DNA of 54,474 nucleotides. Source: an uncultured archaeon (lineage in GTDB: Archaea; Aenigmatarchaeota; Aenigmatarchaeia; CG10238-14; SCSR01). A program made the position numbers and the translations under genes. Location: NCBI GenBank assembly GCA_964581305.1, contig CAZONC010000001.1, positions 1 to 54,474 on the forward strand, given 5' to 3'. Below are positions 1-8,288 of this stretch, one piece after another (position 1 is the first letter of the stretch; the number at the start of each line of letters is the position of its first letter). Below the pieces are notes generated by a model. That model was not told the origin of the DNA, did no database searches, and was given only the letters and a program-made list of their open reading frames with translations.

Positions 1-49
1 CCATATTACTCTTTTTTATTATTTATTTTAATTATTTTATTAAGAGAAT

Positions 50-2371
50 ATGAAATTTAAACCTAAGTTAGAGGAAAAAAGATGGAACATAATTTTAGAA
101 AAAAAAGTGAGGGATGGTTGGATAAAAGATAAAATATACAGTTTCAATACAAAATCCAAAAAGATATTTAGTATCGATACACCTCCACCATATCCCTCTG
201 GCAGACCTTGGCATATTGGAGCGGTTGCGCATTATTCACAAATAGATATGATTGCTAGAACTGCAAGAATGAAAAAATTTGATGTATTTTTTCCTATAGG
301 AATAGATCGAAATGGCTTGCCTGTTGAGATGTACACAGAAAGATTGTATGGAATAAAAATGCATGATGTGGGAAGGGAAAAATTTATGAAACTATGCCAA
401 AATGCGCTCGATGAACTAGAAAAGGAAATGCTCGAAATAATGAAAATGGTTGGTCTATCATGCGATTTTGATAACTACTATCGAACTGATAGCAAAGAAT
501 TCAGGACGCTTACTCAAAGCACATTTATTGAGCTTTGGAAAAGAGGATTAATTTATGAGGCAACACGACCAAACAATTTTTGCCCAATATGCAAAACTAC
601 AATAGCAGATGCAGAAGTTGTTTATGAAGAAATGCCAACACAACTTGTTTATATTAAATTCAGTGTGAAGGAGACTGGTGAAGAAATTACCATAGCCACA
701 ACAAGGCCGGAATTGTTATGTGCATGTCAAGCTGTTATAGTTAATCCAGAAGATAAAAGATATGTACATCTTCATGGTAAAAATGCTATTATTCCTATTT
801 ATGAACGTGAAGTTCCTATTATCCCACACCCATATGCTGATCCAAAATTTGGAACTGGAATAGTAATGATTTGTAGTTATGGTGATTATTCCGATGTTCG
901 ACTTTTCAGAGAGCTCAAACTTAAGGAAATAATTGCAATCAATGAAGAAGGCAAAATGACAGAAGCAGCCGGTCCTTATGCAGGACTATCAATTGAAGAT
1001 GCAAGAAAAAAAATTATTGCTGATCTTAGTGAGCGCGAACTTATAGAAAAAAAGGAAACAATAACTCATAATATACCAACATGCGAAAGAAGTGGAAATG
1101 CAATAGAAATTATTCCTATGAAAGAATTTTATCTTAAACAATTAGAATTTATACCAACAATGAAAAAAATTGCGAAAAAAATAACTTTCTTTCCGGAGCA
1201 GCATCGCCAACTTCTTATTGATTGGATAAACTCGGTTACAATCGACTGGCCAATTTCACGAAGACGATTTTATGGAACAGAAATTCCAATCTGGTATTGC
1301 AAAAAATGTGGAAATATAAATTTACCTGAGCCAGGCAACTATTATCAACCGTGGCGAGAGAAACCACCATTTAAATGTCAAACGTGTGGTGGAAATGATT
1401 TTGTAGGTGAGGAAAGAACGTTTGATACGTGGATGGATTCGTCCATAACACCACTATTTATTTCCAAATATTATAAAGATAAGAAATTCTTTAGAAAAAT
1501 ATTTCCGAATACCATTAGACCACAAGGAAAAGAAATCGTCCGCACATGGTTATATTATACACTACTTAGATGTTATCAGTTAACAAAAAAACCTGCTTTT
1601 AAATATGTATGGATAAGTGGTCTTGGTTTAGATGAAAAAGGAGAAAAGATGTCAAAAAGTAAGGGGAATGTAATTGATGTGGTACCGATACTTAAAAAAT
1701 ATGGTGCAGATTGTTTTCGATTTTGGAATGCCGCAGAAGCATCACTCGGCTCTGATTTTAGATGTTCTGAACAACGAATAGCTGGTGCAGCAAAGTTTTT
1801 AACAAAATTGTGGAATGTTGCACGATTTGTTTCTTCATTTCCTCAACCGAAAAATGCTAAGCTAACAACAACCGATAAATGGATTTTGGCGGAATTGAGT
1901 AAACTTATCGATGAATGCTTGACAGGATATAATAACTTTAATTTTTTCATTCCCGCAAATAGAATAAGAGAATTTGTTTGGAATTTATTTGCGCCACACT
2001 ATATTGAAATGGTAAAAGCTAGAGCATATGGGAAAGGTTCTAAAAATGAACAACGCTCGGCATGGTTTACACTACACACATGCCTAAAAAATATTTTGCT
2101 TTTGCTTGCACCCATTACACCTTTTATTACTGATTTTATATGGCAATCACTCTATAGCAAGAAATCTATCCACTTGGAGGCCTTCCCAAAAACAAAATGG
2201 AAAAATAAAAAACTATTGGCACTTACACCTTTACTTGTTAAATTTAATTCGAATATTTGGTCTATGAAAAAAGCAAAAAACATTTCTTTAACACAACCAA
2301 TAGAAGTTAAAATACCAGAGAAATTAAAGCAGTTTGAAAAAGATTTAAGAAATATGCATAACATAGTTTGA
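50..2371 (+). CDS. valS: valyl-tRNA synthetase (class I aaRS)
   Basis: 773-aa ORF. HIGH-region PPPYPSGRPWHIGAV followed by the archaeal ValRS-like GIDRNGLPVE. KMSKS loop (KMSKSKGN). Length and the internal editing-size insertion fit a compact ValRS rather than LeuRS or IleRS. Confidence 0.8.
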   Translation: MKFKPKLEEKRWNIILEKKVRDGWIKDKIYSFNTKSKKIFSIDTPPPYPSGRPWHIGAVAHYSQIDMIARTARMKKFDVFFPIGIDRNGLPVEMYTERLYGIKMHDVGREKFMKLCQNALDELEKEMLEIMKMVGLSCDFDNYYRTDSKEFRTLTQSTFIELWKRGLIYEATRPNNFCPICKTTIADAEVVYEEMPTQLVYIKFSVKETGEEITIATTRPELLCACQAVIVNPEDKRYVHLHGKNAIIPIYEREVPIIPHPYADPKFGTGIVMICSYGDYSDVRLFRELKLKEIIAINEEGKMTEAAGPYAGLSIEDARKKIIADLSERELIEKKETITHNIPTCERSGNAIEIIPMKEFYLKQLEFIPTMKKIAKKITFFPEQHRQLLIDWINSVTIDWPISRRRFYGTEIPIWYCKKCGNINLPEPGNYYQPWREKPPFKCQTCGGNDFVGEERTFDTWMDSSITPLFISKYYKDKKFFRKIFPNTIRPQGKEIVRTWLYYTLLRCYQLTKKPAFKYVWISGLGLDEKGEKMSKSKGNVIDVVPILKKYGADCFRFWNAAEASLGSDFRCSEQRIAGAAKFLTKLWNVARFVSSFPQPKNAKLTTTDKWILAELSKLIDECLTGYNNFNFFIPANRIREFVWNLFAPHYIEMVKARAYGKGSKNEQRSAWFTLHTCLKNILLLLAPITPFITDFIWQSLYSKKSIHLEAFPKTKWKNKKLLALTPLLVKFNSNIWSMKKAKNISLTQPIEVKIPEKLKQFEKDLRNMHNIV

Positions 2372-2380
2372 TTGATTTGA

Positions 2381-4582
2381 ATGGAAGAGGAATTACTAAA
2401 AATTAAAAAAATAGTAAAGGAACTAGAAGATGTTAGAGGTAGACATACCGAATTGGTTACAGTATATATTCCTGCAGGTGCCAATCTACAGGAAACCATA
2501 AACATGCTTCGACAGGAATATTCACTTGCGCAGAATGTTAAAGATAAAACTGTGCGAAAAAATGTTATGGCTGCTCTAGATAAAATAATTTACCATCTGC
2601 AGTTTTACAAAGTAACTCCTAAAAATGGATTGGCTGTTTTTTGTGGAAATGTCTCGAAAAAAGAAGGTGTAAGTGATATAAGGCTGTGGTCCATCGAGCC
2701 GCCAGAAAAGCTAACTACAAAAATTTACCGTTGTGATCAGGTCTTTATACTCGAACCACTCAAGGAAATGTTGACAGAAAAAGATGTTTTTGGTCTAATA
2801 GTTTTGGATGCAAACGAAGCAACCATAGGTTTACTTAGAGGAAAGGCCATTACAGTTGTGAAAAAGTTGGAATCAACTGTTCCAGCAAAAACAGTAAAGG
2901 GAGGTATGTGTGTCAGCGAAGATACACTAATCCAGTTAGAGGATGGTAACATTATACCGATAAAAGATCTTACCAATAATAAAAAAATTCTTTCATATTC
3001 TTTCGAAAAGTTTGAGCCAGTTTTTACAGATTCATTTGAAATTTTTAAAAAAAAGGTTAAAAAAAGTTATAAACTGATTTTTGAAGAGCCTTCAACAACA
3101 TTAACACTTACGCCAGAGCATTTGGTTTTTGTTATTAGTAAAAATGGTATAGAAGAAAAGGCTGTGGAAAAAATAAATGTAGGCGATATGCTGCTATTTC
3201 TTCATACAGTATGTCCAAAATGTAAAGACGATTCGACAATTAGTAGTGTTTTATCACAACTGCTAGGTTATTTTCTTGGTGGCGGAACGATTGATGGTAA
3301 TAGAGTAATATTTTATAATAAAGATTTGCAACTTTTAGATGTCTATAAAAAACTTGCTGAAAAAGTAAGCGGTAAAAAAACAGTAATTTATAAAAAAGGT
3401 GGTTCTTACGAATTAAGACTTTATAAAAAATCTTTTGTCGACTTTCTATTGACTAATTTTCCAAAAATTTCAAAACCGCGAAGAGAAAAAGATATAGATG
3501 AAAAAATATTGCATTTACCAAAAAATAAACTAAAACATTTTATTAGAGGGTTATTTGATGCTAAGGGATATGTTGATCAAGCAGGAATAGTCCTAAGAAT
3601 GACTAATGAAAATATCATGAAAAAGCTTCAGCTACTTTTAACGCGTTTTGGTATAGCATCAAGCTTGAGTGGCCCAGATAAATTTGACCGATATGAATTG
3701 CGGATTACAAATGTTTTGTATATCAGCAAATTCAAAAAAGAAATTGGATTTTCTTCTCAGAAAAAAGCTACAAAACTTAATATGGTAATTAAAAAATATA
3801 AAAGTGGATTTGCAACTCGAGTTCCAATATCCGGAATTCGAAAATTAATAGAAAATGCAGGACTGAAAAAGGAAGATTTAAATAAGTACATAGAGAAAAT
3901 TTATGGCTCAAACCTAATTGCACTCAAAGTTAAGGAAAAAATAAAATTGACAACAAACAGTGAATTTTATGATCTGTTCGTTCCTAAATTTAATTGTTTT
4001 GTTGCAAATGGTATACTTGTGCACAATTCACAAAAAAGGTATGATCGCCTTCGTGAAGATGCGCTAAACGAATTTTTCACAAAAGTTGGTGAAACAGCTT
4101 CACAAATATTTTTGCAACAGCCAGAATTGAAAGGAATAATTATAGGTGGGCCTGGCCCAACGAAAGAAAGCTTTGCTTCTAGTGCATATCTTCATCACGA
4201 AATACAGAAAAAAGTTCTGGGTATAAAGGATGTAGGATATACAGATGAATATGGACTAAGCGAACTTGTAAAGAGATCGTCTGATCTTATAGAAAAAGCA
4301 ACTGTGGTGAAAGAGCGAGAATTGGTGGAAAAATTTCTTACAGAGCTACAGAAAGAAGGGAATGTTGTTTATGGCTTAAATGAAACTCTACAAGCACTCG
4401 AGCAAGGTGCAGTAGATACTCTTTTAATCTCCGAGGCAATGGATTTGGCCGAAATAGAAAAATTAATGGAAAAAGCAAAAAGCTATGGCACGCGAGTTGA
4501 ATTAATATCTACTGATACGCCAGAAGGTGTACAATTCAAAGAACTTGGCGGAATAGGTGGATTTTTGCGATATAAAGCCTAA
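2381..4582 (+). CDS. prf1: peptide chain release factor aRF1, interrupted by an in-frame intein
   Basis: N-terminal part has the aRF1 layout (GRHTELVTVYIP, YRCDQVF = YxCxxxF, LIVLDANEATIGLL). C-terminal part has RYDRLRED..FF, IIIGGPGPTKE and GGIGGFLRY. The 733 aa exceed an aRF1 by about 370 aa because of the insert at KGGM|C...HN|SQ. Confidence 0.9.
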   Translation: MEEELLKIKKIVKELEDVRGRHTELVTVYIPAGANLQETINMLRQEYSLAQNVKDKTVRKNVMAALDKIIYHLQFYKVTPKNGLAVFCGNVSKKEGVSDIRLWSIEPPEKLTTKIYRCDQVFILEPLKEMLTEKDVFGLIVLDANEATIGLLRGKAITVVKKLESTVPAKTVKGGMCVSEDTLIQLEDGNIIPIKDLTNNKKILSYSFEKFEPVFTDSFEIFKKKVKKSYKLIFEEPSTTLTLTPEHLVFVISKNGIEEKAVEKINVGDMLLFLHTVCPKCKDDSTISSVLSQLLGYFLGGGTIDGNRVIFYNKDLQLLDVYKKLAEKVSGKKTVIYKKGGSYELRLYKKSFVDFLLTNFPKISKPRREKDIDEKILHLPKNKLKHFIRGLFDAKGYVDQAGIVLRMTNENIMKKLQLLLTRFGIASSLSGPDKFDRYELRITNVLYISKFKKEIGFSSQKKATKLNMVIKKYKSGFATRVPISGIRKLIENAGLKKEDLNKYIEKIYGSNLIALKVKEKIKLTTNSEFYDLFVPKFNCFVANGILVHNSQKRYDRLREDALNEFFTKVGETASQIFLQQPELKGIIIGGPGPTKESFASSAYLHHEIQKKVLGIKDVGYTDEYGLSELVKRSSDLIEKATVVKERELVEKFLTELQKEGNVVYGLNETLQALEQGAVDTLLISEAMDLAEIEKLMEKAKSYGTRVELISTDTPEGVQFKELGGIGGFLRYKA
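2909..4027 (+). mobile_element. class 1 intein with LAGLIDADG homing-endonuclease domain (373 aa) inside aRF1
   Basis: Starts with Cys (CVSEDTLIQLEDG, block A). Block B is TLTPEHLVFV. Two LAGLIDADG-like helices (LLGYFLGGGTIDG, FIRGLFDAKGYV). Ends FVANGILVHN followed by +1 Ser. The insert is 1119 nt and in frame. Confidence 0.85.
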
Positions 4583-5331
4583 ATTTGTAAGTTAAAAAAT
4601 TTTACTGCATTTTCTGTCGTTTGTCTATCAACCTCTTCGAAAGATAACTTTTTTATTTCTGCAATTTTTTCTATGACTACTCGGACAGAAGTTGGATCAT
4701 TTCGCTTTCCACCACCAAGCCATGGAGAATCCGTTTCTGTAAGAATTTGTTCTATTGGCGCATCTCTAACAATTTTCTTTATTTTTTTGCTTGCAAGCAG
4801 TGTGGTATTAACAGAAATATACCATCCATTTTCTACTATTTTTTCAAAAAGCTCTTTTGCTGTAAAAAAATGCATCAAAACGGCTTTTGCACCACAATCT
4901 TTTAAAATTTCAATTGCATCAGCAAAAGCGTTGCGTGCATGAATCACAAGTGGTTTATTCAATTTTTGTGCCAAAGAAATAAATTCGATAAATAGCTCTC
5001 TCTGTTTTGCTCTCCATTCTTGCTCTTTAACCCAGCTATAATCAAGTCCAACTTCTCCTATCCCAACAATTTTATCTTTATTCGCTTCCATCAATTTTAA
5101 AAAATCGCTTTTGCATTGGTCAGAAATTTCTTTTATATATTCTGGGTGAATGCCAACTGTGGCAAAAACAAACCCATTATATCTTTCAACTAATCGCATA
5201 GTTAAATCAAAATCTTTTGGATGGGCGCAAGATGTTATTATCGCTTTTAGCTGCTGCCTGCATTTTTCTATTATTTCATTCCGATCGTCATCGTATTCTT
5301 TTTGCTCAAGATGGCAGTGACAATCGATCAT
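4579..5331 (-). CDS. tatD: TatD-family metal-dependent hydrolase/DNase
   Basis: N-terminal DCHCHL, GEVGLDY, a HARNA-type His and C-terminal TETDSPW, the typical TatD metal ligands. 250 aa. Confidence 0.8.
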   Translation of the reverse strand: MIDCHCHLEQKEYDDDRNEIIEKCRQQLKAIITSCAHPKDFDLTMRLVERYNGFVFATVGIHPEYIKEISDQCKSDFLKLMEANKDKIVGIGEVGLDYSWVKEQEWRAKQRELFIEFISLAQKLNKPLVIHARNAFADAIEILKDCGAKAVLMHFFTAKELFEKIVENGWYISVNTTLLASKKIKKIVRDAPIEQILTETDSPWLGGGKRNDPTSVRVVIEKIAEIKKLSFEEVDRQTTENAVKFFNLQI

Positions 5332-5401
5332 AATTTTTTATTCTAAAATTCAAATAAATAAAGTTCATAATCAGTTACCATTTCACGCTGTCTTCAAATC
5401 C

Positions 5402-5467
5402 AAATGGAATTTCACAGGAAGAGGCAAAAACCGCTTAAAACATTTTGGTGCTAATGAAATTCCATTT
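5402..5467. repeat. 13-bp perfect inverted repeat (AAATGGAATTTCA / TGAAATTCCATTT) with a 40-nt spacer
   Basis: Read directly at 5402-5414 and 5455-5467. It lies inside the 274-nt divergent intergenic region between tatD and the CaCA gene. Confidence 0.6.
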
Positions 5468-5605
5468 TTCCAAAATATATTTCATTTTAGCCCACTAAGT
5501 TTAGCCGAATTGTTAATAACTTTTGGTCTATCTTCTTCTGTGCTATGGCTCGGCAAACTATACAAATATCTTCGCTATAAATTATAAATTCGATTATAAT
5601 TTATT

Positions 5606-6529
5606 ATGGAACTATTGATCCAGTCAATTATACTATTGGCTTCTTTAGCTATTCTTGGAAAAGCCGCACATATCGTAACGGATAAAGCATACGAAATTGC
5701 CAAAATTACAGGATTGGGTGGAATTATGATAGGATTTGTACTACTATCTATCATTACAAACTTGCCAGAGCTAAGCATTGCATTTTCTTCGATTGTTCTT
5801 GAACAGGAGGATGTGGCATTAGGTAATATTTTTGGCTCCAACATTGCCAACTTAACTTGGAATATCGGTCTAATTGCCATTTTTTTTCCTATAATAGTTT
5901 ATAAAAAAACATTTCGTGAACTCTCGCAAATGATTCTTATCGCCTCGATAATACCTTTTGTGCTGCTAACAGGAATTTATATTCAACAGATTTTGGGCGC
6001 AGTACTTATTATTGTATTTTTACTCCTATGCTATTACTGCTACTCTGAACGAAAAGGTATAAAAATAAAGCAAGAGAGAAAGAAAATTGGTCCCACAACA
6101 ATTTTTTATTTTGCGTTGGCCTTTGTTCTTATTTTAGCTTGTGCAAAATTTGCTGTAAGTTCTGCTGCAAAAATTGCAACCCTTTTAGATATTTCAAAAG
6201 CGACTATCGGTGCAACTATTATAGCAATTGGTACAACGTTGCCCGAGTTCGCTGTTGGATTTGTTGCAGCTAAAAAAGGCTATGTTAGCTTGGCTTTGGG
6301 AGGCATTCTAGGTGCATTCGTATCAAAAACAACCTTTGTTTTAGGTCTTTTTCTTTTATTCTCGACTATGCAACTCAATTTTCCAATATATTTGGTTTTG
6401 GCCGCATCCATGATGGGATCAGCAACTTTAACATGGTTTTTATTAAGAAAAAGAAAAGTTACTCGTGTTGATGGAATTTTACTAATTTTATTCTATACCT
6501 TTTTCTTATTCATAATTTTAGGAATTTAA
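5606..6529 (+). CDS. Na+/Ca2+ exchanger family (CaCA, YrbG-like) membrane protein
   Basis: Polytopic membrane protein with two alpha-repeat signatures: GNIFGSNIANL in the first half and GTTLPEF in the second. Confidence 0.75.
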   Translation: MELLIQSIILLASLAILGKAAHIVTDKAYEIAKITGLGGIMIGFVLLSIITNLPELSIAFSSIVLEQEDVALGNIFGSNIANLTWNIGLIAIFFPIIVYKKTFRELSQMILIASIIPFVLLTGIYIQQILGAVLIIVFLLLCYYCYSERKGIKIKQERKKIGPTTIFYFALAFVLILACAKFAVSSAAKIATLLDISKATIGATIIAIGTTLPEFAVGFVAAKKGYVSLALGGILGAFVSKTTFVLGLFLLFSTMQLNFPIYLVLAASMMGSATLTWFLLRKRKVTRVDGILLILFYTFFLFIILGI

Positions 6530-6556
6530 TTTCTAAATGTAATTTATTTAAGCTTT

Positions 6557-6823
6557 TTGGCTCATTTTCTATTTATGGTTGACTATTATATCTATATGCT
6601 TTCATATACAGTACCTGAGCTGGAAAAAGAACTAAAAGTAGTAAAAGAGAGAAATTTGAAAAAATATAAACACTGGAATGGTGACATTAAATTAACCAAC
6701 GAGCCAGCAATCTATTTTGATGTTGGGAATTTGTTAATTAGAGAAAGGCATGAAATAGATAGAGAGATAACAAATGTTTTAAAAAAATATAAAATTCCAT
6801 ATGAATTTACATCTGCAGGATAA
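6557..6823 (+). CDS. hypothetical small protein (start uncertain: TTG at 6557 or ATG at 6575/6596)
   Basis: Only an open frame filling the gap between the CaCA gene and the convergent rps8e. No motif recognised. Confidence 0.35.
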   Translation: MAHFLFMVDYYIYMLSYTVPELEKELKVVKERNLKKYKHWNGDIKLTNEPAIYFDVGNLLIRERHEIDREITNVLKKYKIPYEFTSAG

Positions 6824-7204
6824 CTACTCGATCAAAACAGCATTCACTATACCGTGTTGAGAAGGTCTAGATGTTACTTTTGCGTTTCCTATTTCAGTTT
6901 TTATTATACACCCTTTTGTTATTACATTTTGCCGTGCTAAAAATGGATGCGATGGGGTTGAAACTACTGTTATGATTTTAACTTTTTTTGTTTGTTTAGT
7001 TTTTGGATCTAGCACATTTGCCCATTCCGCAAAAGAAAGCTTAACTTTTGTACCTCCACCTTTTGTTCTTTTAATTATTCTTTTCTCCTTTCCCAACTTT
7101 GTATGGAGGGGTAATGAACCCAACTCATATTTTCTTTTCTTTCTTGCTAATTTTATAATTCCCCCTGTTGCCTTTCTTCCACGTTCGCCATGCCAAATTG
7201 CCAT
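6824..7204 (-). CDS. rps8e: 30S ribosomal protein S8e
   Basis: MAIWHGERGRKATGG N-terminus and a basic 126-aa protein, typical of archaeal S8e. Confidence 0.9.
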   Translation of the reverse strand: MAIWHGERGRKATGGIIKLARKKRKYELGSLPLHTKLGKEKRIIKRTKGGGTKVKLSFAEWANVLDPKTKQTKKVKIITVVSTPSHPFLARQNVITKGCIIKTEIGNAKVTSRPSQHGIVNAVLIE

Positions 7205-7440
7205 ATTTAATATTTAAAATGTGATTAAATTTATAAACACAAATATAAGTTACAAAATTAAGGAAATTAAAAAATCAGAAGGAGGGCGACCTAATTTTTA
7301 TTAAAACTGATAGTGATGCTAATTTATTAATTGGTCATTAAGAGTATTTTTTCTCGATACCTAGAGGCTGTACTTTTGCGAGAGGGAATCAATTTTGGTA
7401 CAAAAATTCGTGAAATTTTAGACTTTTTTGCAGTAAAAAG

Positions 7441-7456
7441 TTAAATATATAAATAC
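7441..7456 (+). promoter_or_regulatory. candidate TATA box/BRE region for the Sm-L37e unit
   Basis: TTAAATATATAAATAC lies about 30-45 nt upstream of the ATG at 7485, and GTGAGTGA (SD-like) lies just before the ATG. TATA-like strings are common in this AT-rich DNA. Confidence 0.3.
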
Positions 7457-7484
7457 AAAATTCAGTTAATAATCAAGTGAGTGA

Positions 7485-7706
7485 ATGAGCGACAGACCAA
7501 TTGATGCACTAGATAATGCAAAAGGGAAAAAAATATTAATAAAGTTAAAAAATGGAGAAGAAATAGTTGGAATACTCAAAGCACTTGATTTGCATTTAAA
7601 CCTCTGGTTGGATGAGGCAGAAGTGCAGAGAAGTGAAACAAAAATAAGACTCGGTACGGTTTTAGTTAGAGGGGATACAATAGTTTATGCTTCTCCGGTT
7701 GTTTAA
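7485..7706 (+). CDS. archaeal Sm-like (LSm) protein
   Basis: 73 aa. Sm1/Sm2 pattern (ILIKLKNGEEIVGILKALDLHLNLWLDEAE ... VLVRGDTIVYASP). The conserved archaeal Sm-L37e gene pair is present. Confidence 0.9.
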   Translation: MSDRPIDALDNAKGKKILIKLKNGEEIVGILKALDLHLNLWLDEAEVQRSETKIRLGTVLVRGDTIVYASPVV

Positions 7707-7718
7707 TAAAGGAATTAT

Positions 7719-7904
7719 ATGGTAAAAGGTACTCCTGCTTTTGGGAAAAAAATTGGCACAAAACATATCCGTTGTCGAAGATGTGGTAGAAGGAGTTATC
7801 ATGTTTCTAAAGGATATTGTGCAGCCTGTGGATATGGCCGTTCAGCAAAAATAAGAAAATATGCATGGCAGACACGTGATTTAAGGCGAAATAGAAAATA
7901 TTAA
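7719..7904 (+). CDS. rpl37e: 50S ribosomal protein L37e
   Basis: [11 protein letters not shown]... followed by a [10 protein letters not shown]...CAACGYG zinc ribbon. 61 aa. Confidence 0.95.
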   Translation: MVKGTPAFGKKIGTKHIRCRRCGRRSYHVSKGYCAACGYGRSAKIRKYAWQTRDLRRNRKY

Positions 7905-7932
7905 AATAAATTGGATTTCTGAATATTAGTAT

Positions 7933-8038
7933 GGGCCTGTAGCTCAGCATGGTAGAGCAGCGGGCTTTTAGCATTTGCGAAAAAGCTCTGATCGATGAAG
8001 AGACCCGTTGGTCGAGGGTTCAAATCCCTCCAGGCCCA
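7933..8038 (+). tRNA. tRNA-Lys(UUU) with a 32-nt intron at canonical position 37/38 (intron about 7971-8002)
   Basis: Acceptor GGGCCUG/CAGGCCC. D arm GCUC..GAGC. Anticodon stem GCGGG/CCCGU. Loop CU-UUU-A|intron|A. T arm GAGGG-UUCAAAU-CCCUC. Discriminator A, no encoded CCA. Nt 32-35 CUUU can pair with intron GAAG placed 2 nt before the 3' splice site (BHB-like). Confidence 0.85.
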
Positions 8039-8102
8039 CATTTGCTCTTTCTAGAAAAGTTGATAAACTTTATGCTTTTATATGTATAACATTAATTAAG
8101 GA

Positions 8103-8288
8103 ATGTATAACATGAAAAACAAGAAAATAATGGCATTCAGGTTGCCTGAGCAAATAAGGCGAGAAATAGAAAGGGCTGTTGAAGAAGGTATATATAGGGA
8201 TTATACAGAAGTGGTTACAGATGCACTAAGACAATTCTTTAATTTGAAAGTAAATTCAAATATAAAATCTAAAAGGGTGAAGAAATGA
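8103..8288 (+). CDS. small ribbon-helix-helix (CopG-like) protein
   Basis: A beta-strand (IMAFRLPEQ) followed by two helices (IRREIERAVEEG, YTEVVTDALRQFF). The stop overlaps the smc ATG (ATGA). The true start may be an internal ATG. Confidence 0.55.
   Translation: MYNMKNKKIMAFRLPEQIRREIERAVEEGIYRDYTEVVTDALRQFFNLKVNSNIKSKRVKK

Noticed and set aside
5380-5400. TTCAAATCC string resembling the T-loop of the tRNAs in this window
   Set aside because: The flanking bases (CTGTC / CAAAT) cannot form a T stem, and no acceptor or anticodon arm can be drawn.
5575-5880. 101-aa minus-strand ORF overlapping the start of the CaCA gene
   Set aside because: It lies antisense to a well-supported membrane-transporter gene and runs into the promoter region. 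No motif was seen.
7205-7484. Possible C/D-box or other small RNA in the 280-nt rps8e/Sm divergent region (CTGA and GTGATGC strings, a TCTCG...CGAGA stem)
   Set aside because: The box order and spacing do not fit a C/D sRNA on either strand, and the stem is short. Two divergent promoters are enough to explain the region. It remains unassigned.
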